The position numbers and the translations under genes were made by a program. Below, in pieces: positions 19,665 to 28,984 of a stretch of 64,000 nt of DNA (within the stretch, counting starts at the first letter, position 1; each line of letters begins with the position of its first letter). The notes beneath the pieces are model-generated. The model searched no databases. It was not told the DNA's origin and saw only the letters and a list, made by a program, of their open reading frames with translations. Where the stretch lies: assembly GCA_947311445.1 (NCBI GenBank), contig CAMZKV010000037.1, positions 5,494-69,493 of the forward strand. The letters run 5' to 3'. This stretch comes from an uncultured Chlorobiota bacterium (GTDB taxonomy: Bacteria; Bacteroidota; Bacteroidia; Bacteroidales; JAADGE01).

Positions 19665-21815
19665 ATGGCAAATCATAGAAATAAAAAACAAAAACATAAA
19701 AAACAAATTGCATACAACAGAAAAACATTACAAAACCATGTAATGAATATTTTCAGAGACAGACCAAAGCAATTTTTTAATTACAAACAACTAGCAAAAA
19801 AATTAAGAATATCAGACCTTAGAACAAAACAGCTTCTTAATGAGGTGCTTACAGACCTCGCAAAACACAATAAATTAGAAGAAGAAAGAAGAGGAAGCTA
19901 TAAATTTGTACCTACTACAAATACAATTACAGGAAGAGTACAATTAATTGCATCAGGCTCTGCATTTGTAATTTCCGACGAAACTGAAGAAGATATTTAC
20001 ATCCCACGAAAATACATGAGCGGAGCATTAAATGGAGATACAGTTTCTGTAACAATATGGGCAAGACGTAAAAAATTTAAACCCGAAGGTGAAATAACCG
20101 AAATACTTAAAAGAAACAAAACAAAATTTGCAGGAATAGTTAGCATTACAAAAGATGATATTGCATTCCTAGTTGTTACTGAAAAAAATATGCCCTACGA
20201 TATATTTATTCCAATGAAGAACTTAAATGGTGCAGAACATGGAAAAAAAGCTGTAGCTGAAATTACTCACTGGGAAGAACACCAAAAAAACCCAAGCGGA
20301 AAAATAATCGATATTCTTGGAGATCAAGGAGATAATGATGCAGAAATGCACGCAATTTTAACCGAATTTAATTTGCCATATAAATTCCCCGAACACCTAA
20401 ATATACTTGCAGAGAAAATCCCTGTTGAAATTACCGAAGAAGAAATAAGCAAGAGAAAAGATTTTAGGAAAATTACTACCTTTACAATTGACCCTCACGA
20501 TGCAAAAGATTTTGATGATGCACTATCATACCGAAAGCTAGAAAACGGTAATGTTGAAGTTGGAATTCACATTGCAGATGTTACACACTATGTGAAAGAA
20601 GGTAGCAAAATTGATAAAGAAGCATATGAAAGAGCAACATCAGTTTATCTTGTTGACAGAACAGTTCCTATGCTACCCGAAAAACTTTCAAATAACGTTT
20701 GCTCTCTAAGACCAAATGAAGAAAAACTTACATATTCAGCTGTTTTTGAGTTAGATACTGATGCAAATGTTAAAAAACAATGGTTCGGAAGAACTGTAAT
20801 ACTTTCCGACAGAAGATTTAATTATGAAGAAGCACAAGAAGTAATTGAAACAGGAAAAGGAGATTTGCATCAGGAAATACTAGAATTAGATAAACTAGCA
20901 AAAAAACTTAAAGATAAACGTTTTAAAAACGGATCAATTTCTTTTGAAAGAATTGAAGTTAGATTTCATCTAGACGAAAACGGCAAACCAACAGGTGTAT
21001 ATTTCAAAGAAGCAAAAGACTCAAACCATTTAATTGAAGAATTTATGTTGCTTGCAAACAGAAAAGTAGCTACATATGTAGGCAAAACTTTAAAAAAACC
21101 ATTTGTATATAGAGTCCATGATGAGCCGGATATGGAAAAATTACATTCATTTTCTCAATTTATAAAACAATTTGGATACGATTTAAAATTTAAAAACGAA
21201 GCAGAAGTTTCAAGTTCTTTAAACAAACTTTTATCCGAAGTTAAAGGAAAAAGCGAACAAAATATGATTGAACAACTTGCAGTACGTTCAATGGCAAAAG
21301 CAGAATATACTGCTGATAATGTCGGTCATTACGGATTAGCATTTGACTATTACTCACACTTCACTTCTCCCATACGTAGGTATCCTGACATGATGGTTCA
21401 CAGGCTTTTAACACAATACCTTAAAAAAGGCAAACCCGCAATGACGAATGTTCTGAATGAAAAATGCAAACACTCCTCAGACATGGAAAGAAGAGCTGCA
21501 ATGGCTGAAAGAGCTTCAATTAAATATAAACAAGCAGAATTTATGCATGATAAATTAGGATATGTTTTTGACGCTGTTATTTCGGGCGTTACCGAACGTG
21601 GCTTATATGTAGAAATTAACGAAAATAAAATAGAGGGAATGATTGCAATGCGAGATTTAGATGACGATTATTATATTTATGATGACAAAAACCATAATAT
21701 TACTGGTCAACGTAACAAAAAGGAATTTCAACTTGGAGACCCTATAAAAATTCAAGTTGTAAAAGTAAATATGCAAAACAGAACTCTGGATTTTTTACCT
21801 GCTGTTGATTTATAA
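19665..21815 (+). CDS. rnr: Ribonuclease R
   Basis: TFTIDPHDAKDFDDA, HIADV, SVYL..R.VPMLPE.LS, HFTSPIRRYPD, C-terminal S1 domain. Confidence 0.97.
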   Translation: MANHRNKKQKHKKQIAYNRKTLQNHVMNIFRDRPKQFFNYKQLAKKLRISDLRTKQLLNEVLTDLAKHNKLEEERRGSYKFVPTTNTITGRVQLIASGSAFVISDETEEDIYIPRKYMSGALNGDTVSVTIWARRKKFKPEGEITEILKRNKTKFAGIVSITKDDIAFLVVTEKNMPYDIFIPMKNLNGAEHGKKAVAEITHWEEHQKNPSGKIIDILGDQGDNDAEMHAILTEFNLPYKFPEHLNILAEKIPVEITEEEISKRKDFRKITTFTIDPHDAKDFDDALSYRKLENGNVEVGIHIADVTHYVKEGSKIDKEAYERATSVYLVDRTVPMLPEKLSNNVCSLRPNEEKLTYSAVFELDTDANVKKQWFGRTVILSDRRFNYEEAQEVIETGKGDLHQEILELDKLAKKLKDKRFKNGSISFERIEVRFHLDENGKPTGVYFKEAKDSNHLIEEFMLLANRKVATYVGKTLKKPFVYRVHDEPDMEKLHSFSQFIKQFGYDLKFKNEAEVSSSLNKLLSEVKGKSEQNMIEQLAVRSMAKAEYTADNVGHYGLAFDYYSHFTSPIRRYPDMMVHRLLTQYLKKGKPAMTNVLNEKCKHSSDMERRAAMAERASIKYKQAEFMHDKLGYVFDAVISGVTERGLYVEINENKIEGMIAMRDLDDDYYIYDDKNHNITGQRNKKEFQLGDPIKIQVVKVNMQNRTLDFLPAVDL

Positions 21816-21818
21816 AAC

Positions 21819-21864
21819 TTTCCCTGCTTCCTTCATTTGACATCAAATGAAGGAAGCAGGGAAA
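21819..21864. repeat. Near-perfect 46-nt palindrome between convergent genes (terminator or REP-like)
   Basis: tttccctgcttccttcatttga-ca-tcaaatgaaggaagcagggaaa: 22-bp perfect stem. Confidence 0.75.
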
Positions 21865-21917
21865 TCAACTTTACACACTTAAATGTATAATACTTTTTTT
21901 AAGTACAATACAAAGCT

Positions 21918-22319
21918 TTATTTTCTTATTTTAGAAACATCTTCTTCTTTTATTTCTTTATAATTATTCCCAAAAGATTTATTAATGTATGTTGCTAGTT
22001 TTGCAATTTCTTTATCTGACAATTCTTTTTTAAAAGAAGGCATTACTAGTCCTTTAGAACCATTTAAAATTATTGCAATGCTACATTCTTTTCCTTTTAA
22101 AGAAGGGAAAGAACCGTCAACCCCTTCTCCTTTTTCTTGATGACAAGCTAAACAATGTTTAGTATAAATTTCTTGTCCACTAAGACTTTTCACAGTAGTT
22201 TCTATATTTTTTGCAGTATTTCCCTTGTTATTTTCACAAGAAAAAAATGCAGATGAAATAAAAATTAAAAGAATTAAATAAAGTAACTTCATTTTGTTAT
22301 TTTTTAAATTTAAAACCAT
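21918..22319 (-). CDS. Monoheme cytochrome c lipoprotein
   Basis: Lipobox AFFSC, G..IY..HCLACHQ..G.G, distal MPSF methionine ligand. Confidence 0.85.
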   Translation of the reverse strand: MVLNLKNNKMKLLYLILLIFISSAFFSCENNKGNTAKNIETTVKSLSGQEIYTKHCLACHQEKGEGVDGSFPSLKGKECSIAIILNGSKGLVMPSFKKELSDKEIAKLATYINKSFGNNYKEIKEEDVSKIRK

Positions 22320-22390
22320 TTTTTGTCATGATAAAATCTGTGATAAAATCATTAATTCCAAACATTAAGTTATAAAGTCATTTCACATGA

Positions 22391-23143
22391 TTAGTGTTTC
22401 ATCTTGTTAATTAAACTGTTATGTCCTTTCTGTTTCATTTGTTGTTCAGTAGGAACTTTTAGTTTTTTATCCGGTGGACTAATAAACATAATTCCTAATC
22501 CCATTCCTCTTAAAATAAACAATATGCCAAGTATAACAATAGTTACAGGAATTAATTTTGCTAATTTAGTTCTTAATTTAGTGCTAATTTTATTTCCTAT
22601 TAAAGAAAGTGTAAGCATTATTGGAATTGTTCCTATTCCAAAAAGAAACATAAAACTTGTGCCATAAATTACACTTCCTGTGGCTATTGCTCCGGCTAAA
22701 GCTGCATAAACAGGACCACAAGGTAATAGTCCGTTTAATAATCCAATTACAAAAAGACTTGTATATGAACGTTTTCCAAAAAGCACAGCTAATCTTTTTC
22801 TTAAAGGACCAGTGTATTTGTATCCAAAACTTTCTACTGAGAATTTGCTTTTAAAAAAGAATGGGAATATAACGTATAATATCATAACAATTCCCATAAC
22901 AATTCCTACCCATTTTTGAAAACCTGCCATTGCAAAGCTTTGACCAAAAAAGCCAAAAATCATTCCCATAAGTGCATAAGTTATTGAACGACCTAAATTA
23001 TACAATATAGCACTTGAAACTTTTGAAAAGTTATTTGATTTTTTAAGAGGTAAAGAAATTGCAATAGGTCCGCACATTCCTATGCAATGAATTCCTGTTA
23101 CTAGCCCCAAGAGTAGGGCAGATCCAATTATTTGATAGTCCAT
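22391..23143 (-). CDS. TauE/SafE-like (DsbD_2) membrane protein of cbb3 clusters
   Basis: HCIGMCGP and GLLPCGPVY motifs; multiple TM helices; position in the cco cluster. Confidence 0.88.
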   Translation of the reverse strand: MDYQIIGSALLLGLVTGIHCIGMCGPIAISLPLKKSNNFSKVSSAILYNLGRSITYALMGMIFGFFGQSFAMAGFQKWVGIVMGIVMILYVIFPFFFKSKFSVESFGYKYTGPLRKRLAVLFGKRSYTSLFVIGLLNGLLPCGPVYAALAGAIATGSVIYGTSFMFLFGIGTIPIMLTLSLIGNKISTKLRTKLAKLIPVTIVILGILFILRGMGLGIMFISPPDKKLKVPTEQQMKQKGHNSLINKMKH

Positions 23144-23586
23144 TAAATTGAAAGTTTAAATTCTTGAAAATAATTAATGCTGTCCGAAGCCCAATCTATT
23201 TTAATATAATATCTTCCTTTTTGTATGTCTCCAATATTAATAATTTGTTTTCCTGAATTATCCGGTTTTATTGTAACAGTTTTGTCATGCCTATAACTTG
23301 TAACATAGTACAAAAGTATTTTACCTGAAATATTGTTACTTTTATCTTTTGGATAACTTATAATTATTTTATCATTTTCTTTTTTTAATGATATTTTTTC
23401 AGCAAGTTTATCAGCATTATTTATTTTTTCTAATTTGCTTGCATAAGCAATTTCTTCTGGAAAATAATCTTTTGATACTAAATTTATGTCTTGTGTAAGA
23501 CTAAATAAAATAAAGCTAACAAAAAAAGATACTCCTAAAATAATTGTTATTAATAGACCTGTGCCCCAAGTGAATTTTATTTTCAT
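23143..23586 (-). CDS. ccoH: FixH/CcoH family protein
   Basis: TWGTG..TM..LV.KDY..EE..Y motif; C-terminal KGRYYIKIDW. Confidence 0.85.
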   Translation of the reverse strand: MKIKFTWGTGLLITIILGVSFFVSFILFSLTQDINLVSKDYFPEEIAYASKLEKINNADKLAEKISLKKENDKIIISYPKDKSNNISGKILLYYVTSYRHDKTVTIKPDNSGKQIINIGDIQKGRYYIKIDWASDSINYFQEFKLSI

Positions 23587-23602
23587 TTTTTTAATTTTTA
23601 AC

Positions 23603-23680
23603 TATACCATAAATCCGCAGAATTTTTTATAAGATATTGAATCTTAAGATAATTAGCGTGGTTACGTATTTAAGGCTATA
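23603..23680. mobile_element. Miniature inverted-repeat (MITE-like) element, degenerate
   Basis: Left end tataccataaatccgcag; reverse complement of right end tatagccttaaatacgtaac, which matches the 25285 element end at 13 of 14 nt. Confidence 0.4.
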
Positions 23681-23721
23681 AATAAACTAGTAAATATCTA
23701 CAAAAGTAGTCAATTTTTTAA

Positions 23722-25122
23722 TTAATGTATGTCAGGACCCACAAAATTTGTTTGAGTTTCTTCTAAAAGCTTATCTCCCGAATATATATTAAATTTCAAA
23801 ATTAAATTTTTTGTTTTAATTTTCTCTTTGGGTATATAAACAATCATTTTTGGCTGTGTTTTCTGTCCGCTTTCAACATGTAAGTTATCTCCAAAAAACT
23901 TGAGCTCTCCTTCAATATTTGTTAGTTCAATTCTTAAATCCATAGTATTATGAGTTTTGTTAAGAATTCTAACATTATATATATTGCTTATTACAGTGTC
24001 TCCTTGAACGTTGTACATAAAGTTTTTATCTCTAAGAATATTTGTTTCAATATCTGGTCTTGTAAATAATAAAATAGATAAGAAAATTAATATTATTCCT
24101 AAAACAACTGAGTATGCAATATTTCTAGGAGTGAGTTTTAGTTTTTGACCATTTTTTATTCCTTCCTCAGAAGCAAATTTAATAAGTCCTTTTGGTTTTC
24201 CAATCTTTGTCATAGTTGCATTGCAAGCATCTATACATGCTGTACAGTTAACACATTCGAGTTGAGTTCCGTTTCTTATATCAATTCCTGTTGGGCAAAC
24301 GTTTACACATTGTTTACAATCAATGCAATCTCCATATTTATTATCCTCTCCTTTTTTTGCCACACCTTTTGGTTCTCCTCTAAAATAATCATAAGAAACT
24401 ATTATGGAGTTAGAGTCCAAAAGAACTCCTTGTAATCTCCCGTAGGGGCACATAATAGTACAAACTTGTTCTCTAAACCATGCGTATAAAAAATAAAAAA
24501 CAGATGTAAAAACAAGTAATGCAATAAATCCTTTTGTGTTTTCAGGAAAAGGATGTTTTACAAAATCAATTACAGTTTCCACTCCAAGAATAAATGATAA
24601 TAGTGCTAAAACACTAACAAAAGAAACTAACCAAAATATTGTGTGTTTTAAGATTCTTTTAAAAATTTTAGAAGCATTCCATTCTTGGGCTTTTAATTTT
24701 TTTTGTTGTGTAGGGTTTCCATCAATAAGCCATTCAATTCTTCTGAAAACAAGTTCAAGAAAAACTGTTTGCGGACATGCCCAACCACAAAAAAGCCTTC
24801 CGTAAACAACTGTAAACAAGACAATAAACAGTATTGCTGAAAGCATCATAAGGTAGAAAAGAAATGAATCTTGTGGCCAAAATATAACTCCAAATATTAT
24901 AAATTTTCTTTCAATTACATTAAACAGCATTAAAGGCTCTCCATTTATTTTAATAAACGGAACAATAAATAAAAATGTTAAAAGAAAATATCCAAAAAGC
25001 TGTCTGTAATTATATAGTTTTCCTTTTGGCTTTTTTGCATGTACCCAAATTCTTTTGCCATCTTCATCAATTGTGGCAAGTTTATCTCTATACGTTACTT
25101 CTTTATTTTCATCGAGTTTCAT
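23722..25122 (-). CDS. ccoG: Cytochrome c oxidase accessory protein CcoG
   Basis: GRLFCGWACPQTVF, REQVC..MCPYGRLQ, CIDCKQCVNVCPTGIDIR.G.QLECVNCTACIDAC. Confidence 0.96.
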   Translation of the reverse strand: MKLDENKEVTYRDKLATIDEDGKRIWVHAKKPKGKLYNYRQLFGYFLLTFLFIVPFIKINGEPLMLFNVIERKFIIFGVIFWPQDSFLFYLMMLSAILFIVLFTVVYGRLFCGWACPQTVFLELVFRRIEWLIDGNPTQQKKLKAQEWNASKIFKRILKHTIFWLVSFVSVLALLSFILGVETVIDFVKHPFPENTKGFIALLVFTSVFYFLYAWFREQVCTIMCPYGRLQGVLLDSNSIIVSYDYFRGEPKGVAKKGEDNKYGDCIDCKQCVNVCPTGIDIRNGTQLECVNCTACIDACNATMTKIGKPKGLIKFASEEGIKNGQKLKLTPRNIAYSVVLGIILIFLSILLFTRPDIETNILRDKNFMYNVQGDTVISNIYNVRILNKTHNTMDLRIELTNIEGELKFFGDNLHVESGQKTQPKMIVYIPKEKIKTKNLILKFNIYSGDKLLEETQTNFVGPDIH

Positions 25123-25135
25123 TATTTTGCATTTT

Positions 25136-25151
25136 AGTGATATGTGTCATA
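25136..25151. promoter_or_regulatory. Candidate Crp/Fnr-type site upstream of ccoG
   Basis: TGA-tatgtg-TCA (TGA-N6-TCA; minus strand TGAC-acat-ATCA) about 15 nt before the ccoG start. Confidence 0.35.
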
Positions 25152-25230
25152 TTTTATTGTGATTTTTTTCAAAAAACATTTGTTTAATATTAAAAAAACT
25201 ACAATCTAATAAATTAGTTGCAGTTTTATT

Positions 25231-25256
25231 ATAACCCACAATAAATCATGGGTTAT
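25231..25256. repeat. Degenerate copy of the 63087 palindrome
   Basis: ataaccca-caataaatca-tgggttat; right half aaatcatgggttat compared with aagtcgtgggttat at 63098. Confidence 0.5.
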
Positions 25257-25284
25257 GATATTTAGAAAAGAAAAAATATTAAAT

Positions 25285-25425
25285 ATAATACCTTAAATCC
25301 GTAAGTCGGGATGTGAATAAATTAATAAATAGTAAGTTAAAACAAATAACTTTTTACTCTTTTTAAACAATCAACACACTGACTATCAATAAATTATATG
25401 TAAACTCATGGAATTTAGGTAGTAT
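25285..25425. mobile_element. Miniature inverted-repeat (MITE-like) element, degenerate
   Basis: Terminal inverted repeats ataataccttaaatccgtaagt and atactacctaaattccatgagt (reverse complement) match at 17 of 22 nt. Confidence 0.45.
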
Positions 25426-25452
25426 AAAAACTTTTTATTTTTAAATTATTTT

Positions 25453-25992
25453 TTATAACTTTTTCAGTAAGAAACTAGACACTTTAAGTATATCTTCATC
25501 TCCAAGAGATTTGAATGATGTCATGCCTTTTTCCGTGCCATTTTTAACTACACCAAAAACTTTGCTTATATCTTTTCCGTATATCCATTCATTATCTTTT
25601 AAGTTTGGTCCTATACCTCCTTGTCCTTCTGCTCCATGACAAGCAACACAAGATTTTTTGTAAATTTCAGCACCTCTTACTAAGTCTTCTTCTGCTGTTA
25701 AAATATTAATAGTTTCAGTATCCATTGCAGTTACTTTATATTTTTGAGCTGCTTCTTCAATTTCGTGTTGGTAATCAGCCTCTTGAAGTCTTCCCATATC
25801 AAACCAATGAAACCAAGCTAAATACCAAACTGCCCATATTACAGTAAAATAGAAGAGCCACATGAGCCATGGTGGTGGTGGATTGTCTAATTCTTTAATT
25901 CCATCATAATCATGGTCAATCATTAATTTTTTATCAAATTTTTCGTTATATTCTTTGTAAACCTCTTTTGGGTCAATATTTTTGTTTTCCAT
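25453..25992 (-). CDS. ccoP: cbb3-type cytochrome c oxidase subunit III (monoheme, short)
   Basis: DHDYDGIKELDNPPPPW N-terminal FixP motif; one CVACH heme site. Confidence 0.93.
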   Translation of the reverse strand: MENKNIDPKEVYKEYNEKFDKKLMIDHDYDGIKELDNPPPPWLMWLFYFTVIWAVWYLAWFHWFDMGRLQEADYQHEIEEAAQKYKVTAMDTETINILTAEEDLVRGAEIYKKSCVACHGAEGQGGIGPNLKDNEWIYGKDISKVFGVVKNGTEKGMTSFKSLGDEDILKVSSFLLKKL

Positions 25993-26019
25993 TTTTGTTT
26001 TTTTTTAATGAAGTTAATT

Positions 26020-26217
26020 CTAATTAGAATGATTATTGTCAGTATCAGTTCCGTCATTAAGAGGCATAGCTTCCCATTCCTCAACATCTTTTTTCTTAAA
26101 AGTTATTACCACATAAACAATAAATAAAAAGACTATTGTAAAAAGCACAACTGATATTCTAGGCCATAAAGTTGCCCAATCATACTCACTCAAAAATTTA
26201 AATTTTTCTCCTAACAT
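26020..26217 (-). CDS. ccoQ: cbb3-type oxidase subunit CcoQ/FixQ-like
   Basis: Single TM helix followed by MPLND, between ccoNO and ccoP. Confidence 0.8.
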   Translation of the reverse strand: MLGEKFKFLSEYDWATLWPRISVVLFTIVFLFIVYVVITFKKKDVEEWEAMPLNDGTDTDNNHSN

Positions 26218-26268
26218 AATTAATGAAATTAAAGTATCAAGGCAATTTTTTGCCTTGATACAAGTTAA

Positions 26269-28773
26269 TTATTTTATTTCTTCTCCTTCTGGCTCTTTCC
26301 CATTTTCAGGATTTGTACCAATAAGTGAAGTTGTATATGCAGTAAGGTTTGCAATTTCACTTTCTGTAAATTTCTTAAATGGGGGCATTATTCCAGCACC
26401 ATTTAAAATTACATTTTTAATGTCATCGTTTGATGCTCCATGTAATGTAAAATTATCTCCTAAGTTTGATCCCATACCTCCTTCTCCTTTTTGTCCGTGG
26501 CAAGCTGCACAATCATTTGCAAAAATAGTTGCACCTGCTTCTAAGTTTATTTCTCCTGAGTTTGTTTGTTCAACTTTAGGTTCATTCGCTTTCTTTTCAG
26601 CAATTTTTGCTAAGGAAATATCTTTTCCAAGTTTGTGCATATATGCAATCATTGCAATTATTTCTTTATCCCATGTAACATCTTTGCCCATGTCTTGAAG
26701 CTCTTTTGCAATTCCTTCTGCTTGTGTTTTATATGCTTTTTCAACCTTGTTATAATCAACATCCCCATTTTTATTTACAAAATTATAATCTTTTTCAGCA
26801 CCATCATATGGAACACCAAGAGTTATCATAACTTCTATTTTTCTTTTTAAAGTGCTGTTATCAATAGTGTTATCAAAAAACCAAGGATATGCAGGCATAA
26901 TTGATTTTTCAAATGTTTTTTGTGGGTTTAAAAAATGTTCGTAGTGCCAAATAGCAGGTCTGAACATTGTTCCTCCTCTGTATCCTGCACGAGCTAAATC
27001 CGGACCTGTTCGTTTTGAACCCCATTGGTATGGATGGTCATATACAAATTCTCCTTGTTTTGAATATTCTCCGTAACGTTCTGTTTCAGAACGGAAAGGA
27101 CGAACAACTTGCGAGTGGCAAGTATAACATCCTTCTCTAACATAAATATCTCGTCCTTGTAATTCAAGAGGTGTGTATGGTTTTACTGCTTCAATTGTAG
27201 GAATATTTGATTTTACAGTTATCATAGGAATAATCTCAACTAAACCTCCAATAATAATTGCTATTAAAATCCAAACTGTAAAATGTACTGCTTTTCTTTC
27301 TACCCATCTGTGAGGAGTTTCTCCCGCTAACCTTGCTTTAGCAACTTTTTCTCTTGGAGCAGCATGAGCTTCTTCGTTATTAATAATATGACCTGATTTT
27401 ACTGTTTTAACAATATTGAATATCATCATAACAGCTCCGCCAAAATAAAACAGACCACCTAAAGTACGAGTAACATACATTGGCATAATTTGAGTTACTG
27501 TATCTAAGAAATCAGGATATGCTAAGAAACCTGTATCTGTAAACTCTTTCCACATTAAAGTTTGTGTAAATGCTGCCCAGTATAATGGTACTGAATATAA
27601 TAACATACCAAATGTTCCAATCCAGAAGTGCATGTTTGCAGATTTTTCTGAATGTAGTTTTGTATTAAATAGTCTTGGAATTAACCAATATAACATACCA
27701 AAGGTTAAGAAACCGTTCCAGCCCATTCCTCCAATATGAACGTGAGCAATTGTCCAGTCTGTAAAATGACTTAATGCATTAACTGTTTTAAGTGATAACA
27801 TTGGACCTTCAAAAGTTGACATCCCATAAGCAGTAACACCAACAACAAAGAATTTAAGAATTGCACTGTCTCTTACTCTGTCCCATGCACCTCTCAATGT
27901 GAGAAGTCCGTTCATCATACCACCCCAAGATGGAGCAAGTAGCATGATTGAGAAAACAACTCCAAGAGTTTGTGCCCAATCCGGTAATGCTTGATATAAT
28001 AAATGGTGAGGTCCTGCCCACATGTATATAAAAATTAATGACCAAAAGTGAACAATAGAAAGTCTGTATGAATAAACAGGACGATTTGCAGCTTTTGGCA
28101 AGAAATAATACATTATGCCTAAGAATGGTGTTGTTAAGAAAAATGCAACAGCATTATGTCCATACCACCATTGAACAACAGCATCTTGTACACCTGCATA
28201 AACAGTGTAGCTTTTAAAGAAACTTACAGGTATTTCAATTGAGTTACCAATGTGCAGTACTGCAACTGCTACAAAACTTGCTAAGAAAAACCAAATAGCA
28301 ACATAAATGTGTTGTACTCTTCTTTTTATGAGAGTTCCAATCATATTCCATCCGAATGCAACCCAAACAACAGCAATTAAGATGTCAATAGGCCATTCTA
28401 GTTCAGCATATTCTTTACTAGTTGTGAAACCAGCTAAAAGTGTTATAGCAGCTAAAAGAATAATTGTTTGCCAACCCCAAAAGTTAAGTTTACTTAGAAA
28501 GTCGCTAAACATTCTTGCTTTTAAAAGACGTTGCATAGAATAATATGCACCTGTAAAAATGGCATTACCTGTAAATGCAAAAATAATTGCATTTGTGTGA
28601 ACAGGACGAACTCTACCAAAAGTGGTAAAGGACAAACCAAAGTTCAAAGATGGAAATGCAATCTGTGCTGCGGCTAACAAACCGACCAGCATACCTACAA
28701 TTCCCCAAAAAAGAGTTGCATAAGCAAATAGCTTCACAATCTTATTGTCATAGTAGAATTTTTCTTGTGTCAT
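26269..28773 (-). CDS. ccoN: cbb3-type oxidase fused CcoN-CcoO with an additional C-terminal cytochrome c domain
   Basis: FGRVRPVHTN, WWYGHNAV, WAGPHHL, WTIAHVH (CcoN); EGCYTCHSQ, WGSKRTGPDL (CcoO); extra CAACH domain at 26497-26511. Confidence 0.96.
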   Translation of the reverse strand: MTQEKFYYDNKIVKLFAYATLFWGIVGMLVGLLAAAQIAFPSLNFGLSFTTFGRVRPVHTNAIIFAFTGNAIFTGAYYSMQRLLKARMFSDFLSKLNFWGWQTIILLAAITLLAGFTTSKEYAELEWPIDILIAVVWVAFGWNMIGTLIKRRVQHIYVAIWFFLASFVAVAVLHIGNSIEIPVSFFKSYTVYAGVQDAVVQWWYGHNAVAFFLTTPFLGIMYYFLPKAANRPVYSYRLSIVHFWSLIFIYMWAGPHHLLYQALPDWAQTLGVVFSIMLLAPSWGGMMNGLLTLRGAWDRVRDSAILKFFVVGVTAYGMSTFEGPMLSLKTVNALSHFTDWTIAHVHIGGMGWNGFLTFGMLYWLIPRLFNTKLHSEKSANMHFWIGTFGMLLYSVPLYWAAFTQTLMWKEFTDTGFLAYPDFLDTVTQIMPMYVTRTLGGLFYFGGAVMMIFNIVKTVKSGHIINNEEAHAAPREKVAKARLAGETPHRWVERKAVHFTVWILIAIIIGGLVEIIPMITVKSNIPTIEAVKPYTPLELQGRDIYVREGCYTCHSQVVRPFRSETERYGEYSKQGEFVYDHPYQWGSKRTGPDLARAGYRGGTMFRPAIWHYEHFLNPQKTFEKSIMPAYPWFFDNTIDNSTLKRKIEVMITLGVPYDGAEKDYNFVNKNGDVDYNKVEKAYKTQAEGIAKELQDMGKDVTWDKEIIAMIAYMHKLGKDISLAKIAEKKANEPKVEQTNSGEINLEAGATIFANDCAACHGQKGEGGMGSNLGDNFTLHGASNDDIKNVILNGAGIMPPFKKFTESEIANLTAYTTSLIGTNPENGKEPEGEEIK

Positions 28774-28807
28774 ACTAATTTAATTTAATTGGTTTTTAGA
28801 ATTTATA

Positions 28808-28984
28808 TTAATTTTTGTTGTTATCTTTTTTCTGTTCATCAATTTCAATATCGTCAAATAAAATTCTCATAGCCGGAGTTTCATTATCATCAAACTGACC
28901 ATTTTTTACTGACCAAATATATAATGTTAAAAAAATTAATGCAACTATTAAGCTGAGACCTATAAGAATAAATATTACAATCAT
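28808..28984 (-). CDS. ccoS: cbb3-type oxidase assembly protein CcoS (58 aa, absent from the ORF track)
   Basis: Manual translation MIVIFILIGLSLIVALIFLTLYIWSVKNGQFDDNETPAMRILFDDIEIDEQKKDNNKN; W...GQFDD..PA.RIL.DD is the CcoS signature. Confidence 0.93.
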   Translation of the reverse strand: MIVIFILIGLSLIVALIFLTLYIWSVKNGQFDDNETPAMRILFDDIEIDEQKKDNNKN

